Origin: a phage
Assembly: GCA_012455605.1 (NCBI GenBank)
Contig: GCA_012455605.1_3618.1
Strand: one strand, 5' to 3'
Length of the DNA stretch: 64,000 nucleotides
Below are positions 18,718-28,311 of this stretch, piece after piece; position 1 is the first letter of the stretch, and every line of letters begins with the position of its first letter. The translations under genes were made by a program, and so were the position numbers. The notes beneath the pieces were generated by a model. The model was not told where the DNA came from, made no database searches, and saw only the letters and a program-made list of their open reading frames with translations.

Positions 18718-19068
18718 TTACTGCAACAGTTTTTCAATAGCCGCTTCCATGCTGCTTGCAACAGCCTGAACTCGGATATTCATCTCTTCTTGGTGGATCA
18801 GCTCCTTAAGCTCTTTAATGGTAAATTCTTTAGAGAAACCTTCCACCATAATCTTGTGTAAGGCTTCTTGCGTGCCTACTTGCAAGAACTTTTCCAGTTT
18901 GTTGGCAGAGGCTTCTAAATCAGCCCGAATACGAGGGTCATCTGTGCGATTCAGCATTAGGCGTAAGCCATCAAGATTAGTAGAAATAGCGTCTGCATGT
19001 TGAGTAACTAACCGTGGCAAAATGAGATCTACAAACTTATTAGCCAAATCGATACGTTCTTGTGTCAC
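18718..19068 (-). CDS. hypothetical protein (116 aa, GTG start)
   Basis: ORF; GTG start overlaps the stop of the upstream small ORF (GTGA). Confidence 0.4.
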   Translation of the reverse strand: MTQERIDLANKFVDLILPRLVTQHADAISTNLDGLRLMLNRTDDPRIRADLEASANKLEKFLQVGTQEALHKIMVEGFSKEFTIKELKELIHQEEMNIRVQAVASSMEAAIEKLLQ

Positions 19069-19178
19069 TGTTGCACCCCCTCTTCATCCTCATGATATTT
19101 CTTTTCACGCTTGTGTTTTTTCTTAAGCTCAAGCGCAATTTCTTTTTTGTACGCCTTCTTCAAGGCTTTTTTAGCCAT
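19068..19178 (-). CDS. small lysine-rich ORF (37 aa: MAKKALKKAYKKEIALELKKKHKREKKYHEDEEGVQQ)
   Basis: strong SD GGAGGAGGTG 5 nt upstream of the ATG; below the 60 aa track cutoff. Confidence 0.3.
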
Positions 19179-19209
19179 TTGGCACCTCCTCCGCTTTCAT
19201 TTTACGATA

Positions 19210-19239
19210 ATTATACCTATCTAAACAAAACTTTGTCAA
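19210..19239 (-). promoter_or_regulatory. consensus sigma70-like promoter (minus strand, TTGACA-18-TATAAT)
   Basis: reverse complement of plus 19234-19239 is TTGACA and of 19210-19215 is TATAAT. Confidence 0.55.
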
Positions 19240-19242
19240 CAA

Positions 19243-19716
19243 CTAGTCTACCTGAACCCAACCGCCTGGTACTTTTTTAAACATTCTTTGGTTATCACTG
19301 CCTCGGAACGGTTTCTTGGTTGGTAAATCTTTTACATACTTACCGTCAATGATGATATCAGCCAGTTTAAGAACATCACTAGAGATATGGTCAAATGTGA
19401 ACCCAGTATATACAAGAATAGTTTTCTTGTCACCAAATTTTTCCTTAATTTTCTCCATCAAGCTAATAATATCTGGCTCATTATAGTATGCTAAGGGTTC
19501 TCCCCCCAGCAGAGAGATACCGCACACAGATGGGTTATCTAAATCTGACAAGATTTTTTGTAAATCTTCTTCAGTGAACTCTCTCCCCTTATCTTTTGAC
19601 CAAAATGCCTGATTAAAGCAACCAGGGCAAGCGTGTGGGCACCCAGATACCCACAAGGCAGTTCTAATACCTGGCCCTTCGGTGTAAGATATTTCTGCGT
19701 ATCCGACAATATTCAT
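19243..19716 (-). CDS. nrdG: anaerobic ribonucleotide reductase activating protein (radical SAM)
   Basis: GPGIRTALWVSGCPHACPGCFN (CxxxCxxC cluster); start placed at the second in-frame ATG (MNIVGY...), which fits the usual NrdG N-terminal length. Confidence 0.8.
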   Translation of the reverse strand: MNIVGYAEISYTEGPGIRTALWVSGCPHACPGCFNQAFWSKDKGREFTEEDLQKILSDLDNPSVCGISLLGGEPLAYYNEPDIISLMEKIKEKFGDKKTILVYTGFTFDHISSDVLKLADIIIDGKYVKDLPTKKPFRGSDNQRMFKKVPGGWVQVD

Positions 19717-19829
19717 AGATACTCCGCATCGCATTCAGGGCAATGCCAAATAAAATCGTCCAGTGCCTTGCACCAACGAAGATTGCAACGACAACCGCAC
19801 TTGCAAATTTTATAAATACCTGTAGACAT
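19716..19829 (-). CDS. small Cys-rich zinc-ribbon-like ORF (38 aa: MSTGIYKICKCGCRCNLRWCKALDDFIWHCPECDAEYL)
   Basis: hand-translated ORF between nrdD and nrdG; its TGA overlaps the proposed nrdG ATG. Confidence 0.35.
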
Positions 19830-19890
19830 ACTGTACCTCCTAGCTCGCTGTGCCAACAATATGCCACATCCTTGTGGATTTTGTCAAGTA

Positions 19891-22014
19891 TCAGCAACCA
19901 CAACTTCCGTAGTGCTTAACCCGTTCTATAACTTCCGCTTGCTTACCTTTATTGTAAGGACGGGAGTTTGGACTAGACAGGTACCCGGATACACGTCTGA
20001 TCACACTGATCGTTCCCTCTTCATGGTTTCCACACTCTGGGCATACAAAGCCTTTAGCTGTTGCACTAAACTCACCAGAGAAACCACACTTGAGACATTT
20101 ATCCACAGGTTGGTTAATACCAAAATACATAATGTGTTTATACCCGAAGTCAACAAGAGCCTCTAAAGCATCTAAATTGTTTTTCAGATTTGGTGTCTCT
20201 ACGTATCCGATGTTGCCGCCAGAGGAGATCATAGCAAAACCCTCCTCATACTCCCACTTATCAAAAGGAGAGCTATTGATCCACACTGGCTGATGGAAAC
20301 TGTTGGTGAGATATTCATGCTCGTGCTTCAACACTTCAGGATATTCACGATCCAGACAGGTTGCAGCTTTATAGCATAGACTCTCAGAAGGGGTGCCGTA
20401 CAAGCTAAACGCTAGTCTACTTTCCTTCTTGTATCGCTCACAAGCATCTCTCATGTGCTGAAGTATTCCAAGAGCTAAAGCCTTGTCACCCTCCCTGCCC
20501 AAAATCTGACAGGTTTCATACACACCAATATACCCAATACTGATGGAAGCGTACCCGTCATAGAAGAGTTTATCAATACTCTCTTCAGGATCCAGGCGAG
20601 CAAGAGCGCCTTCACACCACATGATAGGGTTCTGCCCTGCTTTGGTGCCTTTCAGACGGTTAACCCTTACAAGGTGAGCTTCATATGCCAAATCCAGATA
20701 CTCGTCAAGAACGGCAAAGAAATCAACACCTTCCGTCTTAGCTTTTGCCGCAATCATTGGCAGGTTAAGACTAACAACACCCAAGTTGAATCTGCCGAGG
20801 TATTTCTCCTCACCTGTTTCCAAGTCATTGTATTTGCTAAGAAAACTCCGGCAACCCATGCTCGTTACTTTGCCATCTGTCGAGCCTGTCACTTTACGAT
20901 TTAGTGGAACAGAAACAAAGTCAGGATAAATCCGCTCTGCAGAGCATTCCAGAGCTAATCGTTTCAAATCATAGTTGGGATCTCCAGGGCTCATGTTGAC
21001 ACCCTCTTCTAGGAAGAACAGCACTTTAGGGAACACAGGTGTGATACGTTCTTCACCAAGACCCATTTTGTGGACTTTCAAATAGTTTTTGGTAATCATT
21101 CTACCAAAGACCGAGGTATCCAGTCCTAAACTTAATGTGATGAATGGAGTTTGCCCGTTGACAGAGGTTAACGTATTGATTTGATAGAGCAAAGTCTGCA
21201 TGCTGTCAAATACGTCTTTATCTGTCATTTGCATTGCAACAGTCTCAGCATCTGGCAACCAATGTTCCTGGCAAAATTTAAGGTTCTTCTCATAGGTTGC
21301 TTCAGCATACTGTGCCAGATAATGATCAATATGGCTCATAGTCTGACCACCATATTGAGCACTAGCTACCGCACTAGAGATTTGGCTAAGGATTGTTGTT
21401 GCAACCCCTATTGACTTCGGCTTACTGACATGGGCGTTACCAATGTTGAATCCGTTTTCCAACATATCTGGATAATTTACTAAACAACAGTTTGTTAACG
21501 GACTGATCAAATAGTCAAGGTCATGCACATGGATGAAGCCTTTATTGTGCTCTTCGGAGACACGGTCTGGCAGGATCTGTGTCGATGCAAGGTGTTTGCT
21601 AAGGATGCCTGCAAGCAGGTCACGATGAGTGTGTACATGATTGGTAGGCTTATTTGCGTTTTCTTTTGTAAATTCATCACAAGTGCGATCCAGGAAGCCA
21701 CTAATATCTGCAAGCAGTTTTCCACCTGCCTCTCTGTTATTATCTCTTGTCTGCCTATACTGGATGTATTCTCTGGCTGCACATTTTAAACCCATATCCA
21801 TAAGAGCGTCTTCAACAAGGATATGGATATTTTTTACAGAGATCGTGCACTGGTCGGTTGGTAGATTGTTAGCAACAACTTCATTAACCGCGCAGGCGAT
21901 CCGGTAAGCTTCTTCTTCAGTATGTCCAGACTCAAGTAAGGCGGACTCTGCCGCCTTGATCACCTTAATTCCGTTATAGAACTCTTCTCTACCGTCCCGT
22001 TTTACAACTTTCAC
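19891..22014 (-). CDS. nrdD: anaerobic ribonucleoside-triphosphate reductase (class III)
   Basis: N-terminal ATP-cone-like MKVVKRDGREEFYNGIKV; C-terminal glycyl-radical motif RRVSGYL and Cys-rich zinc site. Confidence 0.85.
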   Translation of the reverse strand: MKVVKRDGREEFYNGIKVIKAAESALLESGHTEEEAYRIACAVNEVVANNLPTDQCTISVKNIHILVEDALMDMGLKCAAREYIQYRQTRDNNREAGGKLLADISGFLDRTCDEFTKENANKPTNHVHTHRDLLAGILSKHLASTQILPDRVSEEHNKGFIHVHDLDYLISPLTNCCLVNYPDMLENGFNIGNAHVSKPKSIGVATTILSQISSAVASAQYGGQTMSHIDHYLAQYAEATYEKNLKFCQEHWLPDAETVAMQMTDKDVFDSMQTLLYQINTLTSVNGQTPFITLSLGLDTSVFGRMITKNYLKVHKMGLGEERITPVFPKVLFFLEEGVNMSPGDPNYDLKRLALECSAERIYPDFVSVPLNRKVTGSTDGKVTSMGCRSFLSKYNDLETGEEKYLGRFNLGVVSLNLPMIAAKAKTEGVDFFAVLDEYLDLAYEAHLVRVNRLKGTKAGQNPIMWCEGALARLDPEESIDKLFYDGYASISIGYIGVYETCQILGREGDKALALGILQHMRDACERYKKESRLAFSLYGTPSESLCYKAATCLDREYPEVLKHEHEYLTNSFHQPVWINSSPFDKWEYEEGFAMISSGGNIGYVETPNLKNNLDALEALVDFGYKHIMYFGINQPVDKCLKCGFSGEFSATAKGFVCPECGNHEEGTISVIRRVSGYLSSPNSRPYNKGKQAEVIERVKHYGSCGC

Positions 22015-22289
22015 TTTTTCTCTCCAAAACCATTCTTAACAAAAGAGATGAAATCGTCGGCACCGCCTATATGGACACTGTCAAGATCGCTTTCTAAGAA
22101 GATCTGCGGCAACGTTCTGGGGACAATTGGACTGCACTTCTCAATAAGCTCTTCTTTTGTGTAGCCCTCGCCAAGTGTCTTATATACAAAAGGCAGACCT
22201 TTGCTGATTGCAAATTCTTTTGCTCTGACACAATGTGGGCAGTTATCCTTACCGTAAATGATGATGAAAAAAGATTTTTCGCAGCTCAT
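22011..22289 (-). CDS. glutaredoxin-like redoxin (CPHC active site)
   Basis: YGKDNCPHCVRAKEF thioredoxin-fold motif; sits between nrdD and nrdB. Confidence 0.75.
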   Translation of the reverse strand: MSCEKSFFIIIYGKDNCPHCVRAKEFAISKGLPFVYKTLGEGYTKEELIEKCSPIVPRTLPQIFLESDLDSVHIGGADDFISFVKNGFGEKK

Positions 22290-22292
22290 ATA

Positions 22293-23381
22293 TTAAAACT
22301 CCCAAATTTCTTCTTCAGCGTCGTTAACAGTTGTGTTGACGCGGTAGTCAGTGTTCGACATTTCTTGGTTCGCCGTCTGTTGTAATGAAGGTTTCATCCA
22401 CACCTGCATAAACGGTAGCGGGTCCTTTGTTGGCGGCACAAAGTCTTTGTCGATGTCGTAGTAATCATAAATCGGTGAGCAGTTATAGTCAACCCACTCT
22501 TTAAGCAACGGTGAGTTAAGACCTATAATCGCTCTTCCTTCGCTGAAAATATAGTCACTCCAACCGTACTCTTTGGTTCGTACTTCATCAAGAATCTCTT
22601 TTAACTCCCCCTTTATCTCAAGGAAGCTTTTCTCCCATGCGGGATCATTAAGCAAGATATCAATGATGGCAAAATCACCTTTCGAATGTAGCATTTCGTC
22701 AAGCATGATTTTTTGAACAAGCTGCGCCACCTGAACAAAGATACCCTGTTCAGCTACTGCGAAAGTGCATGCAAAACTTGCAATAAACTCAATACTTTCC
22801 AGAGCTAAAAGCGCAAAAAGCGCTCTAAGAATGCATTTCCGCACAATATCTTCTTCAACACTAGAAGGATCCAGGCGGTATTTTGCACCAATAACCTCAA
22901 GCTCTTGCATGTATTTGACAATAACGCCGGATCTGCTCAGAACGTTTTGGTTTTCCTGAATCTCTTCTATAATCTCACGGGCATTGGGGAGGCATTGTCT
23001 AACAATCTCTGAGTAAGTTAGTGCGTGAAGAACTTCAATCTCTGACTGTTTCATCAATAGAGTGAAAAGCTCACTATTAGTGATGAATGGTGAAAAGAGG
23101 CAGATGATCGATCTTGCCGCAACGCTATCAGCCTCCCATTGCCACATCAAGGTCTGCACCATCACGTCATAAGTTGACTTTGAGCATGTTACAAAATCTG
23201 AAATAGATTGCGACAAATCCACTTCATCCTCTGCCCAATCTTGCTCTTTTTGTTTTTTGTATAGTTCAAACAGTTGTGGATATTTTTTGTTGATAGAGTC
23301 GTACATACCCATTTGCTGTCCCAGAAACAGCGGATAGTCACCAGTTTTATGAGCGGTGTTCTCAGCATTAAATACAGCCAT
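22293..23381 (-). CDS. nrdB: ribonucleotide reductase small subunit (class Ia beta)
   Basis: start at internal ATG gives MAVFNAE...PLFLGQ, like E. coli NrdB MAYTTF...PMFFGQ; adjacent to nrdA. Confidence 0.8.
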   Translation of the reverse strand: MAVFNAENTAHKTGDYPLFLGQQMGMYDSINKKYPQLFELYKKQKEQDWAEDEVDLSQSISDFVTCSKSTYDVMVQTLMWQWEADSVAARSIICLFSPFITNSELFTLLMKQSEIEVLHALTYSEIVRQCLPNAREIIEEIQENQNVLSRSGVIVKYMQELEVIGAKYRLDPSSVEEDIVRKCILRALFALLALESIEFIASFACTFAVAEQGIFVQVAQLVQKIMLDEMLHSKGDFAIIDILLNDPAWEKSFLEIKGELKEILDEVRTKEYGWSDYIFSEGRAIIGLNSPLLKEWVDYNCSPIYDYYDIDKDFVPPTKDPLPFMQVWMKPSLQQTANQEMSNTDYRVNTTVNDAEEEIWEF

Positions 23382-23392
23382 TATTCTACCTC

Positions 23393-23420
23393 TAAAATGG
23401 GGCCGAAGCCCCTTTAAAAT
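23393..23420 (-). terminator. intercistronic hairpin/attenuator between nrdA and nrdB
   Basis: AAAGGGGC-ttcg-GCCCC hairpin plus short T-run on the minus strand, between the nrdA stop (23420) and the nrdB start (23381). Confidence 0.4.
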
Positions 23421-25735
23421 TATAGTGCACAGCTTTCGCAATACGGATCTTCAACTGAACTATCTGCAATCAAAGGATAGTTCTTTCTGGTTTCATCTTC
23501 AGCCTGTTTCTTGGCATGAAGTTCCTCTGCCAAGGAGTCACCAGCACCAACCCTAGAGTTTAAATAATACCATGTCTTCATCCCGAATTTAGTGGCACGG
23601 ATAAGGTACCCTAACTGCTCCTTCATTGAAATTTTACCATCTTTCAACTTGGTGTAGTCTATGTATAAATCCGCGCTGATTGCCTGACCTGTGAATTTTT
23701 GAATCACGGCATACATATCGATCATGTCGTTAGTATCAACGTCCCAAGCCGAGGTGTAATACTCTTTCAACTCATCATAGTCAGGAACGATAAACAGCAC
23801 CTGCCCTTGTGGCGACTTTTTAAAGATAATGTGCTCACGGACAGGATAAACCCCGTTAGTGGTGTTTGTTGCCAGCGAAGAGCTTTCATTAGGCATATAT
23901 GCTTCAAGAACGCTATTACGTAGCCCACCATTCTCAATGATTTCTTTACGTAACCCTTCCCAATCCTGTTTAAGAGAAGGATCTTTCACCACGCTATCGA
24001 CCTCTTTGTTATAGGTGTCGATTGGTAACCAACCTTCTGGATATTTTGTTTTATGCATCCACTCGCAGACACCACGCTCTTTTGCCAACCGTAAACTTGC
24101 CTTATGCAAGCTGTAGCTGTGAAGTTCTGCAAGATCGTGAACGAGCTGTTTACTTTCAGGAGACCCGTAAGTAACCTTGTGGCTGGCAATAAAATGTGCA
24201 ACATTGGTAAGGCCAACCCCGATGGATCTGCGTTTTTTAACTGTGCTTTCCATATTTTCATACGGATATGTCATGATTTCCATAACATTGTCAATCATAA
24301 GCACCGTATAGTATGCAACATCCTCATACTCCTCTGGAGTAACCCTCCCAGCTACAAGAGATGACAGGAAGCACAATGCAACCTCTCCATCATCAGCATC
24401 GTACTTGAAGATATTACGCATATCTGAATAGCCTTTTGTCGGGAGGGCTATTTCTGCACACAGGTTGCTTGAATAGATCACATCTTTAAAAGGTGTATGT
24501 CTATTCATCTCATCTGTCCAGTATACGTACAGCCTTCCCACCTCAGTGCGCTGCGTGATCAGTTCAACAGCAAGATCTCTAGCTCGGATCCATGTTTTAG
24601 GAATACTGTCATCTTTAGCAATACGATCAACCTCTGCATCAAACTCCTCCATAGACATGGTGAAGATACCCTCATGCAGTTGAGGCGCGTGCTTATAAGA
24701 AACAAGCATCCAATCTAAATTCTTAGCCACACGGTTGATAAACGACCTATTAATACCGATGGAGTAGTCCATGGTGTTGATTCTTTTTGAAGCAACAGTC
24801 ATAGGGTTTCTCAAACGGATTAGCTCATCAATCTGCGGGTCCAGTGCAAGGAATGATACTGTTGCAGAACCACCACGTGATTGTTGTCTGTTCTCCTTAA
24901 CCCCAGCATCAATACCTCGATAATATGGAATCTTACCCATATGTTTAATAGTGTTACCACGAACACCATCGCCTGCAGATCTTGAGGATAAGTAGTAGCC
25001 GATACCTGCTTGGTTAACCGTCATTGTGTACGCAACTTCACGTGCCACACCAATAGATTTTGCTGTATCGTCAGCTTTTATTACACAACAAGATGCATAC
25101 CCTGTCTTACCTGTGCGCAGCCCGTTTAAGTACGGTGTTGGGGCATTGATCTTTAAGTCGGACAGATAAGTGTATAATTTTACAACATCGTTGATACGAC
25201 GTTCTTTCGGCATATTCTTCATGACAGCCATTGCTATCCCCATAAACATCATCTGGGGAGATTCAAACAAGGTGTCTTTAAGAGTATCCTTGATCCCGTA
25301 TTTGTCGCGAAACTGTTTAAGGACTGCATAGCCATAACCGAGATCTTTACTGTGGTCAATAACAGCGCCTAAAGTGTTTAGCTCGGTAAAGCTATAACCC
25401 ATATCCTCCCAATAACCTTTCTCAACCATGTCATTGTAAAATGATGGTAAGGAAGGGATCTTTGTAAACCCTCCAAAAGCCTCTTTATAGATCTGACCAA
25501 TAAGAACACGACCAGCCATACGGGAATGTGCTTCGTCTTTACGGCTAACACAAGAGTCTATAATAGCTTGGTTAACTTCTTTGGTTGTACATCCATCATA
25601 CAACCGCTTGTAGGCATCCAGTGCAATATGTGACCAATTGCCGTTACCATCGTCACCGAAAATAGCTGCCTTATTTAAACGTTCTGGATCGAATGCCACT
25701 TCACATCCGTTGCTTTTAATTACCTTGGTGATCAA
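23420..25735 (-). CDS. nrdA: ribonucleotide reductase large subunit (class Ia alpha)
   Basis: 771 aa; NLCAEIALPT active-site-like motif and C-terminal CESCAL cysteine pair. Confidence 0.85.
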   Translation of the reverse strand: MITKVIKSNGCEVAFDPERLNKAAIFGDDGNGNWSHIALDAYKRLYDGCTTKEVNQAIIDSCVSRKDEAHSRMAGRVLIGQIYKEAFGGFTKIPSLPSFYNDMVEKGYWEDMGYSFTELNTLGAVIDHSKDLGYGYAVLKQFRDKYGIKDTLKDTLFESPQMMFMGIAMAVMKNMPKERRINDVVKLYTYLSDLKINAPTPYLNGLRTGKTGYASCCVIKADDTAKSIGVAREVAYTMTVNQAGIGYYLSSRSAGDGVRGNTIKHMGKIPYYRGIDAGVKENRQQSRGGSATVSFLALDPQIDELIRLRNPMTVASKRINTMDYSIGINRSFINRVAKNLDWMLVSYKHAPQLHEGIFTMSMEEFDAEVDRIAKDDSIPKTWIRARDLAVELITQRTEVGRLYVYWTDEMNRHTPFKDVIYSSNLCAEIALPTKGYSDMRNIFKYDADDGEVALCFLSSLVAGRVTPEEYEDVAYYTVLMIDNVMEIMTYPYENMESTVKKRRSIGVGLTNVAHFIASHKVTYGSPESKQLVHDLAELHSYSLHKASLRLAKERGVCEWMHKTKYPEGWLPIDTYNKEVDSVVKDPSLKQDWEGLRKEIIENGGLRNSVLEAYMPNESSSLATNTTNGVYPVREHIIFKKSPQGQVLFIVPDYDELKEYYTSAWDVDTNDMIDMYAVIQKFTGQAISADLYIDYTKLKDGKISMKEQLGYLIRATKFGMKTWYYLNSRVGAGDSLAEELHAKKQAEDETRKNYPLIADSSVEDPYCESCAL

Positions 25736-26040
25736 TTTGCTTCCTCCACTTCACTAACGTATTTATCAAGGCAGGTATCAGTATCTTGCTGGATAAAAGT
25801 ATCCTCTTCTACAGAGATATTTATAATTTTACCTGTATACTCGTCATAATAGACATCATCATACATTTTAATATCGTTTGTCAGGCCATTGAACCAAAGC
25901 CAACCAACATACTCTGCCCGACTTGCAAAACCAAGATCCTTCCACTTGGAGTTATGACTCATCTTCACCACCTTAGCTTTCAATACCGAATAATTTTTCC
26001 AGGCGATGCAGATCTTCAAAATTGAAAGGTTCATCAACAA
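25732..26040 (-). CDS. hypothetical protein (102 aa)
   Basis: ORF; ATGA overlap with the nrdA start. Confidence 0.4.
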   Translation of the reverse strand: MLMNLSILKICIAWKNYSVLKAKVVKMSHNSKWKDLGFASRAEYVGWLWFNGLTNDIKMYDDVYYDEYTGKIINISVEEDTFIQQDTDTCLDKYVSEVEEAN

Positions 26041-26434
26041 TATGAATATCTTCAGCCTTTTCAGATTGTTTTGTATACTTTCTTACATTAACACGATCTT
26101 CTACAGGGATATCATACGGGAGATCTTGAACAAGCATTGCCTCACCAGGTGCTTTATCTACATCTAAAATATCTACACCGTTATACATTTGTGGGTATCT
26201 AAAGTCTGCACGCATGACACCAGCAAATACATCTGCCTTTCGATAATGTGTTGGCTTATTTTTGCATCGAACGTTTTTTCCACGAAGAACATCAATACTT
26301 TTTAAATCAAACCCTACGGCAAAGAGTGCAGCTCGGAGACCGTTTCGTGTGCGAACGTTAAACCCGGGGACGGTAGATAGAAAATCTAAAGTAACTGAAA
26401 TAAATGTCTTTTTAGGAATCATAACATTACTCAT
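25973..26434 (-). CDS. hypothetical protein
   Basis: ORF; start moved to the internal ATG (MSNVM) with RBS ggaga, because the promoter -10 abuts the first ATG. Confidence 0.4.
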   Translation of the reverse strand: MSNVMIPKKTFISVTLDFLSTVPGFNVRTRNGLRAALFAVGFDLKSIDVLRGKNVRCKNKPTHYRKADVFAGVMRADFRYPQMYNGVDILDVDKAPGEAMLVQDLPYDIPVEDRVNVRKYTKQSEKAEDIHIVDEPFNFEDLHRLEKLFGIES

Positions 26435-26474
26435 ATCTGTCTCCATTTCTGGCTCACCAACAAAGTGAGCCATT

Positions 26475-26503
26475 ATTATAGATTATCTAATACTATTAGT
26501 CAA
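26475..26503 (-). promoter_or_regulatory. sigma70-like promoter (minus strand, TTGACT-17-TATAAT)
   Basis: reverse complement of plus 26498-26503 is TTGACT and of 26475-26480 is TATAAT. Confidence 0.5.
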
Positions 26504-26532
26504 CACAAAAGTTACCTATCGCTGTGATAGGA

Positions 26533-27516
26533 TTAACCTTTCACGAAGTGGTTATTAAGCAGTTGTCTGTGCTGAACCCACCCACAAAAGTTGGCAGACC
26601 AGAATTTACCATCACGGTCTTGATGGGTTACACCTTCCTGCCAAGTACTGATGTCTTGTGTGATTTCACATGAAGACAGGTAGTAGTTTAAACGTTCCAT
26701 TGCGTTATCGTGATCCATAGGTGTTGCCTGGTGCTCGTAAGGGCTTGCATGAATACGATCCCCACCAATCAATTTTTTAGCCACACTATCTGCCTTTTCA
26801 AACGTGCTGTCAATATTTCGATAAGATACTTGTGCACAGCAACTAGCACTGATAGACAGAGCTTCTTTAGTATCGAGAATGCAGAGCTTTCCTTCTGTGT
26901 CACGTACAGCGTAGTTAAACTCTCCGTCCAAATAAACGTGCTCTACATATGGGGTGTGCCATTGACCCGGTTTAAGGATTTCAGGAGTGCTATTCTCAAG
27001 AGCCTCCCACATACAATTAGCTAACATCTGAATCGTAGGATCCGCATCGTGCCAGCAACGGAGGTGGAAAAAATTATTCCACTCGGTGCTTGTTACAACT
27101 GTTTTCATGCGCTGGAACGGCTCCACTAAGCGGTTACATACTTGCTTATGGTAACCAGCAAGGGCGAACTTCTCTGCATGCCAAGCGGCGTTTTTTGCAG
27201 CTTCTTTCCAAAACTCTTCAGGAGTTAGCTCCATGTCAGTGTACTCTACACGGATCTTTTGATCGTGTTCCCCACCATCTTCCATTCCTCGCTTATTTAC
27301 ACCGAAGCGAACTGGCATTGCCGGATTCTCCACAATCTGTTGCAGCATCTTGCCGACAGGTACTGCACGGGAAGACATGGCGTTTCGGCTGAACACTCGG
27401 TGCGTCATAAGCTCTGAGTGAATAATTCGAGGATACTCTAGTTCAAAAGTGGTGATACGCTTACCTTTCTCGGAAATGCTGTCAGCAATAATCTTTGCAG
27501 TGCACAGTTTTAGCAT
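26533..27516 (-). CDS. thyX: ThyX-like flavin-dependent thymidylate synthase (tentative)
   Basis: THRVFSRNAMSSRA resembles the ThyX RHR-x7-S-x-R signature; sits in the nucleotide metabolism island; longer than typical ThyX. Confidence 0.5.
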   Translation of the reverse strand: MLKLCTAKIIADSISEKGKRITTFELEYPRIIHSELMTHRVFSRNAMSSRAVPVGKMLQQIVENPAMPVRFGVNKRGMEDGGEHDQKIRVEYTDMELTPEEFWKEAAKNAAWHAEKFALAGYHKQVCNRLVEPFQRMKTVVTSTEWNNFFHLRCWHDADPTIQMLANCMWEALENSTPEILKPGQWHTPYVEHVYLDGEFNYAVRDTEGKLCILDTKEALSISASCCAQVSYRNIDSTFEKADSVAKKLIGGDRIHASPYEHQATPMDHDNAMERLNYYLSSCEITQDISTWQEGVTHQDRDGKFWSANFCGWVQHRQLLNNHFVKG

Positions 27517-27716
27517 TATTTAGCTCTCCTTGTTTTAATTTTGGAAATTTCGTCTGGGTTTATGTTGGCCTTAAATGCAAGGTATCTGTTGAACATGTCA
27601 GAGCACATATCTTGGGTGATCCTAGAGGCATACACTAGCTTACCTCCTAGATCATACACCTCTAGCCAGTCACCGTATCTGACTACAGGATCGCCACCTT
27701 TAGAACATCTGCCCAT
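27516..27716 (-). CDS. hypothetical protein (66 aa)
   Basis: ORF. Confidence 0.35.
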   Translation of the reverse strand: MGRCSKGGDPVVRYGDWLEVYDLGGKLVYASRITQDMCSDMFNRYLAFKANINPDEISKIKTRRAK

Positions 27717-27717
27717 T

Positions 27718-28311
27718 TCAAATACCTTCTAAAAATTTTCCTATTTTATACCAGCTATTAGCGGTATAGTCAACACTGACCTTTAACTCCTCGAATTGCT
27801 CATAAGGCGTATCTTTTAGGATTTTAATAACTTCAGGTCGTGAAGCGAATTGGTTCAGGTATTCATGCCTGTCGTCAATTATAACATCTACAGCCACATT
27901 CCCTTTGAAATGTGTGGCGTAGAAGCCGTGGCCCTGGGTGTGATCGTCCAGATCCATAAAATCACTGGTCCAACGCTTTAAGAACCTTGATTTAGATGCA
28001 AGGTGACCTTTCTTGCATACCGAGATAAATGCAAGCTTGTGACCACGAGCCACCAAATCTTTCATAACCTCAATAGCCCCCTCTTCAGGCTTAAGGAAGT
28101 CGTAGAGGAACGGATCACTCCAGAAATCAAAAGGTCCTATGATGTTTTCTTTGGGACGATCAGGCCAATACTTTGACAGATCGTAATACATTAGCCCATT
28201 AGAAGGTTTAGCTACTGTCTTACTGGCTGGACCATACAAACGCTCCAACCACTCCCACCATGCTGTTCCTGAATCTACCAGTGTCAGATCTACATCAATT
28301 CCGATTAACAT
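27718..28311 (-). CDS. HAD-superfamily phosphatase (possible 5-prime-deoxynucleotidase)
   Basis: N-terminal IGIDVDLTL (DxDxT motif). Confidence 0.5.
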   Translation of the reverse strand: MLIGIDVDLTLVDSGTAWWEWLERLYGPASKTVAKPSNGLMYYDLSKYWPDRPKENIIGPFDFWSDPFLYDFLKPEEGAIEVMKDLVARGHKLAFISVCKKGHLASKSRFLKRWTSDFMDLDDHTQGHGFYATHFKGNVAVDVIIDDRHEYLNQFASRPEVIKILKDTPYEQFEELKVSVDYTANSWYKIGKFLEGI

